Source of the DNA: Squalus acanthias
Taxonomy: Eukaryota
Direction: 5' to 3'
Assembly: GCA_030390025.1 (NCBI GenBank)
Contig: CM059432.1
Location: 132,992,001 to 133,056,000, forward strand
DNA length: 64,000 nucleotides
How positions within the stretch are numbered: the first letter of the stretch is position 1; the number at the start of each line of letters is the position of its first letter. Position numbers and translations under genes: made by a program. Below are positions 1 through 12,875 of the stretch, piece by piece. Below the pieces are notes generated by a model. That model searched no databases, was not told the origin of the DNA, and worked only from the letters and a program-made list of their open reading frames with translations.

Positions 1-2385
1 GGCATAACTGCCAGTCTGGGCCTGCGACAGGTGGTGAGAACCAACACGAGGGAAAAACCTACTTGACCTCGTCCTCACCAATCTACCTGTCGCAGATGCA
101 TCTGTCCATGACAGCATTGGCAGCAGTGACCACCGCACAGTCATTGTGGAGACGAAGTCCCATCTTCACACTGAGGACACCCTCCATCGAGTTGTGTGGC
201 ACTACCACCGTGCTAAATGGGATAGATTCAGAACAGATCCAGCAGCTCAAAACTGGGCATCCATGAGGCGCTGTGGGCCATCAGCAGCAGCAGAATTGTA
301 TTCCACCACAATCTGTAACCTCATGGCCCGGCATATCCCTCACTCTACCATTACCACCAAGCCAGGGGACCAACCCTGGTTCAACAAGGAGTGTAGAAGA
401 GCATGCCAGGAGCAGCACCAGGTGTACCTAAGAATGAGGTGCCAGCCTGGGGAAGCTGCAACACAGGACTACATGCATGCTAAAAAGCGGAAACAGCATG
501 CTATAGACAGGGCTAAGCGATCCCACAATCAACGGATCAGATCAAAGCTCTGCAGTCCTACCACATCCAGTCGTGAATGGTGGTGGAGCATTAAACAACT
601 AACGGGAGGAGAGGCTCCAAGAATATCCCCATCCTCAATGATGGTGGAGCCCAGCACGTGAGTGCAAAAGACAAGGCTGAAGCGTTTGCAACCAACTTCA
701 GCCAGAAGTGCCGAGTGGATGATCCATAACGGCCTACTCCTGAGGTCCCCACCATCACAGAAGCCAGTCTTCAGCCAATTCGATTCACTCCACATGATAT
801 CAAGAAACGGCTGAGCGCACTGGATACAGCAAAGGCTATGGGCCCCGACAACATCCTGGCTATCGTGCTGAAGACTTGTGCTCCAGAACTAGCCGCGCCT
901 CTAGCCAAGCTGTTCCAGTACAGCTACAACACTGGCATCTATCCGACAATGTGGAAAACTGCCCAGGTATGTCCTGTCCACTAAAAGCAGGACAAATCCA
1001 ACCCGGCCAATTACCACCCCCATCAGCCTACTCTCAATCATCAGCAAAGTGATGGAAGGTGTCATCGACAGTGCTATCAAGCGGCACTTACTCACCAATA
1101 ACCTGCTCACTGATGCCCAGTTTGGGTTCCGCCAAGACCACTCGGCTCCCGAACTCATTACAGCCTTGGTCCAAACATGGACAAAGGAGCTGAATTCCCG
1201 AGGTGAGGTGAGAGTGACTGCCCTTGACATCAAGGCAGCATTTGACCGAGTGTGGCATCAAGGAGCCCTAGTAAAACTGAAGTCAATGGGAATCAGGGGG
1301 AAAACACTCCACTGGCTGGAGTCATACCTAGCACAAAGGAAGATGGTTGTGGTGGTTGAAGGTCAATCATCACAGCCCCAGGACATCGCTGCAGGAGTTC
1401 CTCAGGGCAGTGTCCTAGGTCCAACCATCTTCAGCTGCTTCATCAATGACCTTCCCTCCAACATAAGGTCAGAAATGGGGATGTTCGCTGATGACTGCAC
1501 AGTGTTCAGCGCCATTCTCAACTCCTCAGATAATTAAGCAGTCCATGCTCGCATGCAACAAGACCTGGACAACGTTCAGACTTGGGCTGATAAGTGGCAG
1601 GTAACATTCGCGCCACAGAAGTGCCAGGCAATGACTATCTCCAACAAGCGAGAGTCTAACCACCTCCCCTTGACATTCATTAGCATTACCATCGCCGAAT
1701 CCCCCACTATCAACATCCTGGGGGTCACCATTAACCAGAAACTTAACTGGACCAGCCACATAAACATTGTGGCAACAAGAGCAGGTCAGAGGCTGGGTAT
1801 TCTGCGGCGAGTGTCTCACCTCCTGACTCCCCAAAGCCTTTCCACCATCTACAAGGCACAAGTAAGGAGTGTGATGGAATACTCTCCACTTGCCTGGATG
1901 AGTGCAGCTCCAACAACACTCAAGAAGCTTGACACCATCCAGGACAAAGCAGCCTGCTTGATTAGCACCCCATCCACCACCTTAAACATTCACTCCCTCC
2001 ACCACCGGCGTACCGTGTCTGCAGTGTGTACCATCTACAGGATGCACTGCAGCAACTTGCCAAGGCTTCTTCGACAGCACCTCCCAAACCCACGACTCTA
2101 CCACCTAGAAGGACAAGGGCAGCAGGTGCATAGGAACACCACCACCTCCAAGTTCCCCTCCAAGTCACACACCATCCTGACTTGGAAATATATCGCCGAT
2201 CCTTCATCGTCGCTGGGTCAAAATCCTGGAACTCCCTCCCTAATAGCACTGTGGGAGTACCTTCACCACACGGACTGCAGCGGTTCAAGAAGGCGGCTCA
2301 CCACCACCTTCTCAAGGCCAAATAGGAATAGGCAATAAATGCTGGCCTTGCCAGCGACGCCGAGATCCCATAAAAATGAATTTTA
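1..2385 (+). mobile_element. CR1-clade LINE (family B), ORF2 and 3' end, cut by the window start
   Basis: Broken ORF2 runs from the endonuclease end (SDH) to the RT motifs QFGFR, LDIKAAFDRVWH, GVPQGSVLGP and MFADD across ORFs 146-661, 1049-1537 and 1553-2338. Frameshifts and stops are present. 3' end is ggcaataaatgctggccttgccagcgacgcc followed by an A-rich tail. Confidence 0.9.
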
Positions 2386-2399
2386 AATAAAATTAAAAA

Positions 2400-2598
2400 A
2401 ATTAATTTCCTTGGGATTTCCGGAATGCTATCCATTTCCTCTGCAGTAAATACTGACGCAAATTAATTATTCGGCATGTCCGCCATTTCCTGATTAACAT
2501 TGGCAATATTACTGCTTTCAGTTTTTAAGGGGCCAACATTGCTCCTGACTACCTGCTTTTTCCAGTAGAATTGTAAAAATTCTTTGTGTTGATTTTGA
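2400..2598 (-). mobile_element. old CR1 ORF2 fragment
   Basis: Minus strand gives decayed IKINTKNFYN...GPLKTES...QEMADM...FASVFTAEE, the CR1 linker between endonuclease and RT. Confidence 0.6.
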
Positions 2599-4954
2599 TC
2601 CACAGACTATCCATGGGCATCTGCTACATTTCAGACATCACATTTTAAAGTGTCACATTTTGAAACAGATGCAAAAGTTTTGTTTAAAAAAAATGTTGGT
2701 CATGTCCAAACTATACAGAAACAGAAATTATCTAATTGACTTCAGGAGTCAGGATTTCCTAAACAACTCTTGTCTTCTCATGGGTCTCGATGTAACAGTA
2801 ATTAGACCGTAGACCTTTAAAGGAACAGATCCTCTGCAACAGGAAAAGAGATGTGCGTTGCATGGTAAACAGTCCCATCTTTAGAAAAGAATGTGCTGTT
2901 TTGACGTGTGAAGTCCAAGTACAGATTGGCTATGACTAAGGCTCCCAGTTCAGAGTCTGAAGGAACCCAAGTCCAAATCAAAGTCCAAGGAGATAGGGAG
3001 AGAGATGGGGCCTGTTAAAAGTGGCTTTGACTGGGGAGCCTGACCTCACCTTGTGCAGTTCAGGGGTATTCTGGCTGTAGTTACAGGGTGACTATCAGTG
3101 GGTTATAGGATTACTACGAGTTACAGGTAGGATATTGGGGCGTTAGTCTATATGTAACTGATAGTAATAGGTGTATCAGTGAGTTATTGTATTACTGTTG
3201 GTTATGAGGGGAATTGGAGTGCTACCAGTATCACTATTAGTTCAGTGAATTCGTATTAGTTACTGGTGAAAACAAAGTTCCTCGCACCTCTGGTTTTCCC
3301 CCCTGCGAATCCCTTCCTCATCTTCGATTTCCCCTGTTCCCTGCTCTCTGTTTCCCTTCTTCGTCTGATCATGAGCGGCCTCCGAGTTCCTGTGCAAGAA
3401 GTTCCAACAGCTGCTGATGTGAAACCACCAGTGAAGACACTCAACTACAGGGAACCCAACCTTTTTTAAGGTAATATTTGTGGATGCCGTGTGATCCGAT
3501 CTCCAGGTATGCCTCCAACCAGAGTTGGCAACCCTATCTGAGCATGTGCAGCATACCTAATTTCCCAGGATGCATCGGTAATAACCAGGTGTACTGATGG
3601 GATATTTTTCATTAGCTTCCAGTACTTTCTGCCCAGTAGCTTCTCTCCAAATAATTTTGGAAAAACAAGAGGACACATTTCAAAAGCTTTACTGAGGTAA
3701 AATTTACACTGAGTTTTTTTAACGGAGAATGTGTGTGTGACAGGTGTTGTAACTTTTGTTTTGTGTAAGAAGTGTAAAGAAGAAGAGCGAAAAAGATTGG
3801 AGTCACAGGGTAAGGATGTCTCTCTTCATTTAATGTTATTTCAAATTTAAAAAAACACCAGTTAAATTTTGAAACCAACTGTTTGGGGGTGAATTTCCGC
3901 AGGGATTCTCCTGCTTGTTTGCCGTAACTTTGGCAGCAGAGCCGCAAAAACCCCGGATAATGGCATAAATGCCGTTTTGTGCTGTCTAGGATTTCTGTGG
4001 CACTTTCGCTGAAGAAAAGGTCAATGCTAAATGCGTACACCTGTGAGACAGAGATTCTAATTTCTAACACCTATGGGGGTGAGAGAGAAAGCGAACCTTA
4101 TATAAATACTTCAGTTTGCTCCAGGGAAGTAGGAGACAGAGAGTAGAGATAAAGGGAAAATTCTCTGAATGGTGGGATGTGAGATGTGGTTTCCCCTGGG
4201 ATCTATATTGGGCCTCCACGATACCCTGGTTCACTCCTTAATCACCCCAACAACCCTTCCCCTTCCCATGGCACCTTCCCGTGCAAGCGCAGGAGATGCA
4301 ACATCTGCCCATTTACCTCCTCCCTTCCCACTGTCCAGGGCCCCAAACACTCCTTCCAGGTCAACCAGCGATTTACTTGTACTTCTTGCAATTTAGTATA
4401 CTGTATTCGCTGCTCACGATGCGGTCTCCTCTACATTGGGGAGACCAAACGCAGATTGGGTGACTGCTTTGCGGAACACCTCCGTTCAGTCCGCAAGCAT
4501 GGCCCCGAGCTTCCAGTTGCCTATCATTTTAATTCTCCGCTCCACTCCCACTCTGACCCTCTGTCCTCGCCCTCCTACACTGTTCCGATGTAGCTCAACG
4601 TAAGCTCGAGGAACAGCACCTCATCTTTCGATTAGGCACTTTACAGCCTTCTGGACTCAACATCGAGTTCAACAATTTCAGACTATAACCTCTGCCCCTA
4701 TGTTTTCTTTTTTCTCTCGCATAGCAACTGTTGATGATACTGCTATTCCCATTTACACCTCTTCTAGAGCCATCTTTTGTTTCTTTACTTGTCCCATTAC
4801 CATCTCCTTTTGCCTCACACCATCATCCCTTTTGTCTTTTAATCTCTCCTGCCTTCCAACCTATCACAGACCTTCCCTTTTGTTCTTTCCTCCTCTTCCC
4901 CCCTTTCCCTGCCTCTGCACTTGCTTAAAACCTGTTATATGCCTAACGTTATAC

Positions 4955-4987
4955 AGTTCTGATGAAAGGTCACAGACCTGAAACGTT
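4955..4987 (+). ncRNA. minimal type I hammerhead ribozyme of the Penelope element (disrupted)
   Basis: agtt-CTGATGA-a-aggtc(aca)gacct-GAAA-cgtt. The stem I partner aact is displaced to 5838-5841 by the insertion. Confidence 0.75.
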
Positions 4988-5834
4988 GGGCTGGATTTTC
5001 TCAATGGAGACGAGTTGGAAGTGGGACTGCTGCTTGTCGTGTCAATGTCCCGCCTCCATCATCTTCTGACCAACCAGCGGGATTTTCCCCTGATTGACCT
5101 TGTTAAGCCCTCCCTGCGGGCTCAGCAGGCCAATTAGGGGGGATGTCACTGACAGAGCACGTCAACGTCTGACGTGCTATCTGTCAAGACTTCTTGAAAG
5201 AAAAAATGTCAGCATTTGACAGCTCTGTGAAGCTGTCAAACACTGGCATTCTCTGTAGTTTGATGAGACCTTGTGTTCAGGACTCATCAAACCTTTCAAC
5301 TTTGTAGATTTCAGATGGCTGTTGGTTCAGAGGATCCAACAGCCAGTCTGTGAAATCAACAAGGAAGATGTCGGGTCTCCCGATCCAGGGTGGATGAAGG
5401 CTGTAGGCAGAAAACAAGGTAAGTGAACATTTTTTAACACTTAGCACTCACCTTCCATACTTACCACTCCACACTTGCACCCATCACTCACCTCTACATC
5501 TTACTTCCAGGTGCATCCGACCCCCGCAGACCTCCTTCACGTCTCCTCCAACCCGGTGGGGTTCTCCGACATCGGGAAGCCTTCACCTGAGAAGGTAAAA
5601 TGGGCACTAATCCTTTTTTCTGCCTGTTAACTACCTGTTAACAGGCAGTTAAAAGGATTTAATCCCTTTCCCGTCTGCAGAAGACGGGACCCGAAGCAGC
5701 ACATCTTCCCGCCTCCTGGCAAAAGGGCACGGAGGCGGGATGGGGGTGGGTTTGCCATCCGCCCCCACTTTCTGCTACTTTACCGGCAGTCCCGCCTCCA
5801 TGCCCGCCTCCTCGGGGCTGAGAAAATCCAGCCC
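4988..5834. mobile_element. non-autonomous PIF/Harbinger element
   Basis: TIR gggctggattttctca / tgagaaaatccagccc. 3-bp TSD GTT at 4985-4987 and 5835-5837. Confidence 0.88.
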
Positions 5835-5907
5835 GTTAACTCTGTTTCTCTCTCCACAGATGCTGCCTGACCTGATGAGTATTTCCAGCATTTTCTGTTT
5901 TTATTTT

Positions 5908-6328
5908 AAATTATAAGGACAGGTTGCAGAAACTTGGTTTGTATTTCCTTGAATTTAGAAGGTTGAGGAGTGATCTAATCAAGGTCTTTAAAATAATAAA
6001 AGGGAGTCGATAGAGTAGATAAAGAGAACTGTTTCCTCCGGTGAGGGGAGTCCAGAACAAGGGGACGTATCTTAAAATGAGAACTAGGCCATTTAGGATT
6101 GAAATCAGGAAGCACTTTTTCACACACAGGATAGTGGAAATCTGGAATTCCCTTCCCCAAAACACTGTGAATGCTGGGTCAATTGAAATTTTCAAGACTG
6201 AGATCGATAGATTTTTGTATGGTAACGTTATCAAGGGATATGGATCAAAGGCGGGTAAATGAAGTTGAGGTACAGATCGCCCAGAACAGACTCGAGGGGC
6301 TGAATGGCCTACTCCTGTTCCTATGATT
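5908..6328 (+). mobile_element. CR1 LINE 3' fragment
   Basis: RPFRIEIRKHFFTHRIVEIWNSLP (ORF 6041-6262) followed by CR1 3' UTR. Confidence 0.88.
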
Positions 6329-6467
6329 AATCTTCCAAAAAAGTACTTCATTAGCTGTGATGTGCTTTGGGATGCCCTGAGGATGTGTAAGGTGCTATAT
6401 AAATGCAAGTTCTTTCTCTCTTCTACAATAAAAACATTATGCTGTTAGGTAGCAATACAGACACTAA

Positions 6468-7334
6468 GGGCTGGATTTTACTAGCACTGAGGAGACGGGT
6501 CTGGAGGCGGGACTGCTGGGAAAATCCCTCAAAATGGAAGCGGGTCCCAAACCAGCTCCCAACCCACCTCCAACCAATTTTCCCGGGAGTCGGGTCCACG
6601 ATTTGCGCAGGGTCCCGACTCCTAGCGGCGGGAAGAGGATTACAGCCACTTAACTGCCTGTTAACAGATAGTTAACAGGCAGTTAACAGGCTTTCTCCAA
6701 TTTTTTGACTGCTGCTGCGGGCTTCCCGATGTCGGGAAACCCCGCCAGGGTAAGTGAGGCATGATGTGGGTCTACTGTAATTTTTGTTTATATATGACAG
6801 CTGCAGAAGTGGTTTAAAGGATTCAATGGGACACTGGTGAGTATCAGAGGTAAGAAAATGTTGTGGAAGTAATTTTTAATGTGGCTAGATGTTTCTGCAG
6901 GTGACAAGCTGTGAAGTGTTTGTGTAGCCTTATCTCATTGGGAGAAGTGACAGATCGCTTCTGCAATCTCAGCTGCAGCAGCCATCTGTTTTATCCTAAG
7001 GAGTGAGTAATTGGAGAGCCTGGGTGCAAGAGCTCACCTTTGGACAGTGATTGTCAGTGTTTGACAGCACCTCAATGCTGTCAAACACTGTCAAATCGTC
7101 TGTCAAACAAGTGTGGTGCATATGCCTTTAAGAAAACCGGCAGCTGAAGCGTCATCAACTGATGTCACCTGACACCAGCTTTCCCTTAATTGGCCGGCAA
7201 GCCCGCAGGGCGGGCTTAACAAGGCCAATCAGGGCAAAATAGCGTCTGTTTGTCAGATGTCGCTGGGGGTGGGACTAGAATCTGGAAGGCAGCAGTTCCG
7301 CCCCCAACTCGTCTTGGTAAGTAAAATCCAGCCC
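6468..7334. mobile_element. non-autonomous Harbinger element, related to and inverted relative to 4988-5834
   Basis: TIR gggctggattttact / agtaaaatccagccc, flanked by TAA and TAG. Termini are similar to the neighbouring copies in reverse orientation. Confidence 0.85.
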
Positions 7335-7351
7335 TAGACTTTCAGAGGCTA

Positions 7352-8303
7352 GGGGTAGATATTCATCTTGGGTGGTGGCGCACAATGGGCAGTATCGGAT
7401 CAGCTGCCCATTTTATGCAACGCCTGATATTCAGTTACATTGGGCTGGATTTTCTGAATGGGAAGCTTTTGGAGGCAGGACTGCTGCTTGCCGGGTTTCA
7501 ATCCCGCCTCCATCAGCTTCTGGCCAACCAGCGGGAATTTCCCGATTGACCTTGTTAAGCCCACCCAGCGGGCTCAGCAGGCCAATTAGGGGGAAGTCAG
7601 TGACAGAGCACATCAATGTATGACGTGCCATCTGTCAAAAACTTTTGAAAGAAGAAATGTCATCGTTTGACAGCTCTGTGAAGCTGTCAAACACTGACAT
7701 TCTGTACAGTTTGATGAGTCCTTGTGTTCAGGACTCATCAAACCTACTACTTTGCAGAAATCAGCTGGCTGTTGGATCGGAGGATCCAACAGCCAGTCTG
7801 TGATATTTACAATGGAGATGTCGGGGACTCCGGCTCCACAGTGGCTGAAGGCTGTAGGTAGAAACAAAGGTAAGTTAACATTTTCTAACACTTTACACTC
7901 CCCTCACATACTTACCACTCCACACTTGCACCCATAACTCACCTCTACATCGCACTTTCAGACCCCTCCGACCCCCGCAGACCTCCTACTCACCTCCTAC
8001 ACCCCGGCGGGGTTCCCCCAGGTCTGGAAGCCCGCACTTCAGCACTAAAAATGGGGATAATCCTATTTTCTGCCTGTTAACTACCTGTTCACAGGCAGTT
8101 AATAGGCCTTTAATCCCTTCCCGCCTCCAAGGAGACGGGACCCGGGGCCGGATGTCTTCTCGCCTCCTGGCAAGAGGGCTCCTCGGGGCTGAGAAAATCC
8201 AACCCATTGACTGCAATAGAACTGAATATCCGGCGTTGCGTATAACAGGCGGCCGATCTGATCCGATACCGCCCGTTTAGGGCCAGAGATGAATTTCTAG
8301 GCC
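7352..8303. mobile_element. palindromic Harbinger-type MITE (~190 bp) with a nested element
   Basis: ggggtagatattcatcttggg / cccaagatgaatttctaggcc, TSD CTA. Arms 7352-7441 and 8206-8303 are reverse-complementary. Confidence 0.8.
7442..8205. mobile_element. non-autonomous Harbinger element, same family as 4988-5834
   Basis: TIR gggctggattttct / agaaaatccaaccc, TSD ATT. Colinear with 4988-5834 throughout. Confidence 0.88.
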
Positions 8304-10459
8304 CTAATATTTATCTCTGTGCACTTTGCTGTATTATTATTGGTAAATGAGTTCAGGATTTCTTGCTGTTTTCATTGCTTTGATCGAATTAAACCAGCAG
8401 GTCAGGAATGCTTTGATTTTGTTTACTCAAAGACCAAGTTCCAACGTGCCTTTTATTTATTTAAACACGTATTTGATTTTTAAATGAAAAAAATAATTTC
8501 ACCAGTCTTTGATTGTTTCACAATTGTTGATACATTTCACTCCACCAAATTCACACAGTCATTTCTACCTGAAATCTGCCAGAGCGTATGTCAAAATGAG
8601 TTTAAACACGATAAATCAACGTCACAAATCAAAAGTGTTGATAAATAGAAAGCACGTAGTAGATAGTTTACACAAAATAAGCCGTTTGTAATATGGGCAC
8701 CAAAACCCACTCATGGCTGTGGCACTTTGTTTTCCATAAGTCACCATTTTCGGCCGTGTTTCTGCTGTTAATATTCTGAAGGCTCATTCTATGCTTCCAT
8801 AGTTGTGGCTTTCCATGGTCCCACCACATCACAGAATTGGAACCGTTACATCTATTTGCAAAAAGACCGAAATCCCACAAGGTCTAAATCATTCAGTCCG
8901 CTGTCTTATTTCTATTATCTGAAAAAGTGCTCTATTTTAATGAGATTCTCCATGGCAAATAAGTTGTCACCAATCTGCACTCATGGCTTTCATTACTGAG
9001 AAGGACAGTAGGCATCCGCCTTACAGATTCCTGTCAATGGTTGCTGGCGAAATGTACCTCTGTTATGGCTGAGATCATCAGTGGTGCGGGGGTGGGGGTG
9101 GGTGGGGTGGGGAGGAAGGTATTGAACCTGTGCCGTCTCATTCTCGCGCATTAAGCATTAGATCCAATACTCTGAGCCACTGCTTTGGAACAATTTCAGA
9201 AACTTTCAGGAACATCATTAACAAGGAAACCTTGAGGGATTAAGTGAAAGGCACCAATTTGGTACCACAGCAGTTTTCTTTCAAGACTCTTTTACACAAT
9301 GACAGAACCGTTTTAAACAAGATGCAACTCATGCAGTATGAGTTCGACAAGATTATTGCCTAACCACATTTTTGAAGAGTCCCACTTGAATTTCTATAAA
9401 TATTTCATCCAGTCCTTTCCCGGAAATGTTATTACAATAATTTGTTTACCAATGACTGCATATGTAAATCATGCTGAACACACGGACTTTGTTTATGAAC
9501 CTCACAAATCAGTCATTGGCTCTGTGATGCTGTGGAATGTAGCGTTAACATCTCTTAACCCACCTACTTCAATAACCTGATGTTAACTTTTAAAAGCGTG
9601 AAGTTTAATTTCTTGCCAGGTAATCCCACTGCTGCAAAAAAGAACGCAACGAAAGCTTCTCGTTAATGATGAGGAAGCTTCGTAATGATTGTGAACTGTG
9701 GCAAATAATTTTAGTAGCTTATTCAGGCTATTAACTTAATCAATAAGTTCCCATTAGCAACGACAGATGTCGCTTTATAGAAGAGGCACTAATAGCCGTC
9801 ATGGGCTGCTGTTTCAGCTCCCTTCTCCCTGCCATTAACTGCTCTCGCATTCACAATCTAGACTGCAAGTGTGGCTGCAGGAAAAGGCATTCAGGTGACC
9901 AAACCTGGGAAATCTCCACAAGACAAGATGTATTGAGACCTGGTGCAGAATGACGAATTCTGGTGTGAGTTCACCGAGAAGAGACATATTGATTTTTAAA
10001 TGATTAATAAGGACAAAATAATTGTATTTCATTAAGATGGATGGGATTTCATTTAGTCTGTCTTCCCCTTTCCACTTCAGATGGGAAAAGAAATCAAGTC
10101 ATCATCTGTGGCACCTTATGTTACACTGCTATGGCAACAAGGTCATTGATTAAGTGAAAGAAGTTTCTGTGCAGCAAGCCAATCCCTTGTGGCTTTGCTG
10201 GCAAAGATAGTGTAGCTGAAAGGAGGGCGAAAGTTACTGATGTTCTCGTGCTGAATGCACCAAAGTCATGCAAAAGATTGGAGAACAGAATATGTTAAAC
10301 ATGCAAAGATTTTAAAATGGCTTAACCCTGTCACTGCTGGGCTTCTTAGAGAATGCCGATTAAGTGCTTCTTAACGACAACAACTTATTTATATGGCACC
10401 TTTTAACGTAGTAAAACGTCCCAAGGCGCTTCAAGGGGATAAGCTGCATTTTTTTTTTG

Positions 10460-10678
10460 TTCCTCAACCAATATCCACACACACGTAGTTCCAAGGCTCA
10501 CTCGATAGTGATCAGGATTGTGAACGGTAGAAACCCTAAGGCCAGTTGTACTGCTCCCATTGTTGCAGTGACTGATACCTGCGTACTCAGTACACACCAG
10601 TGGTTGAACCTGGCACCTTCTTGATTGTGTGACTCAGTGCCACATTACACACTACATTCACCCATTGAGCCATCACCA
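10460..10678 (-). mobile_element. decayed tRNA-derived SINE
   Basis: Minus strand has A-box-like tggctcaatgg and B-box-like ggttcaacc. Confidence 0.5.
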
Positions 10679-11103
10679 GGGTCCCAGAATTGGATTTTCT
10701 TTGGTACATGATGATATAAGGGGAAAAAAAATCTAAATCGCCCAATTTTGGGCCCTTTGAGGTTTTAATTCATGCTGTGTTTCATTGCCATTATTCATTT
10801 AGTTTTGAGAATAATGGTAGTCTAGATTAATCTTAATGTCACTTTCAGGAATAGTAGAGCACTAACATTTCATATGTTTCTGAAGCTCGTACAACAAATT
10901 AACAGGATTTATGCCTTGAAGTTGGGCTCTTTGAATAGTAACCTATGTATGCGTAACACATTCATTTGAAATTCCTTTGCCTGCATTAATATGATGTATA
11001 CACGTTACGTGCTCATGCACTAATATTGGAAGAGCTTAATTTTAATACACTGGACTACGTTTGCAATTAGCACTCAACTGCCTTAAATAGACGAATCTCA
11101 TTA

Positions 11104-11332
11104 AACTTCCCTCCAAGTCACACACCATCCTGAACTGGACAAATATCGCCGATCCTTCATCGTCGTTGAGTCAAAATCCTGGAGCTCCCTCCCTAACAGC
11201 ACTGTGGGGGTACCTTCACCACACGGACTGCAGCGGTTCAAGAAGGCGACTCACCACCACCTTCTCAAGGGCAATTAGGGATGGGCAATAAAAGCCGGCC
11301 TTGCCAGCGACGCCCACATCCCAAGAAAAAAA
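11104..11332 (+). mobile_element. CR1-clade family B 3' fragment
   Basis: Near-identical to 2150-2370, with an A-rich tail. Confidence 0.9.
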
Positions 11333-12875
11333 GTGGTGGGATGTAAAATTGCAATTCTATTTCGCTGCACAGTTCAACAAGCATTACATGTAACTGTATT
11401 TATTTTTAGAATCAATTTAGCAGTTTAAGATATACAATGTACAGATTACATACGTTGATCTTATTCTGTCTAGGTGTTCTGAGTGTTTTAAAAAATGCAG
11501 ACTGTGGACTCGACGCTAGGCTGCCACCGAAATGATAACACCACTTACCATTCATTGGGTAAGTAAAACTTTGCCAAATGTGCACAGGGGAAACAAAACT
11601 GAAGATGACTACAACTTCTCTCCTGTTCAGTGTAGACTGATGTTCTGATGGAGTGAAAAAGGAGCCAAATGGGGAGCTTCACTGTTTACAGGGGAAAGGT
11701 GAATAAAAAAGCCTTAATTACTACATTGCTCAACAATATTGACACACTAACATTTTGGTGTTGAGGCACGTTATATTATTGCATCATGTTGTTATCAGCC
11801 ACTTAATATAGTTGACTATCACTATAACCCAAGTAACTCATAGATAACCCAAGACATGAAGAGTAACACAAGAATGCCCAGTTCTGCTGGCTATCCAATA
11901 ATCTACCTTTACAGTAACAAATCAGGTTGTTGTGCAGTAGGAAATGCTCTGACATAACAGGTATTGAATTTAGTGATGCTTAACCTGCAAAGTCTGGGCC
12001 CATGCAAAGTCAAAGCTGACCATGATACTGTAGTCCAAAAATGTGAGCCACTCTAGGTTATCAGAGTGCTTAAACACATCTCCTTTCCAAACTTCCCTTT
12101 CCTCTCTACCTCCCCAACAAAAACACCAGCATATTGCCTTTGCCAGCAGAAACAAGGCGCAAAGACTACACTCGTCGCTACCAAAGTGATCAGCCTATTA
12201 ATGCCATCAGAGAAAATGGGAACATTGGGGCATGACTTCAATGCCATTTGTGCCCATTTTATTGAGGTAAGACCAGCACAATGAAAACCAATTTTGCAGG
12301 GCAGATGCCTGCGTCCAACCTGCAAGGGGTTTTGGACAACTGCTAAATTTGACATTTTTTTAGGCCCAATAAAATGGCTTCACAACTTTGAGACATGTTT
12401 TTTTGTGGAATCTCCTTCTGGCTTTGTGATGGAGAGGATTTGGGGCTGGAAGCCCAGTTCAGGGTCGAATAGGATGCCAAGGTATGATTATCACCAGGCC
12501 CCCAAAAACAAAACTTTATTAATGTTTGCTTTTAAATCCATCTACCATCCAACATAACAGTGGGAATTTATGGTTGAATATGCAGTGTAACCTTGCACAT
12601 AGAGAAAGATACCTTTCCCCTTTTTTTCATGCGCTCCACTGCGTTTTCGGAGGGAACAAGTCACCCACATTTTAAGTGTCCTGAACTGGAGCAGTTTTGG
12701 GGATTTTAATTGGACCCAAAATGGTTCCATTTGAATTGCTTTAGGTCTTGATTTTGATTTCCGTTTTAATCCTACCACTGGTACACCAGAGTGCGAGGGC
12801 ATGAGTGATGCCATGTGATGAGCTGTCAATATTATGCATTATTAGGGGAAGAAGGAGGAGCTTAAGAGACTTGAT

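Larger units (their letters stand above)
4213..5907 (+). mobile_element. Penelope-like element 3' fragment (GIY-YIG endonuclease and 3' end), interrupted by a Harbinger MITE
   Basis: ORF 4186-4593 has CKRRRCNIC, NLVYCIRCSRCGLLYIGETKRRLGDCFAEH and PVAYHFN, then after a frameshift LGTLQPSGLNIEFNNF*. The tail resumes at 5835 after the insertion. Confidence 0.9.

Noticed and set aside
3040..3260. Loosely repetitive gttac/gttat-rich stretch
   Set aside because: No consistent period, and not a CRISPR-like or satellite array.
12066..12284. Exon-like segment ending in gag|gtaaga
   Set aside because: No recognisable product, so it cannot be supported without transcript data.
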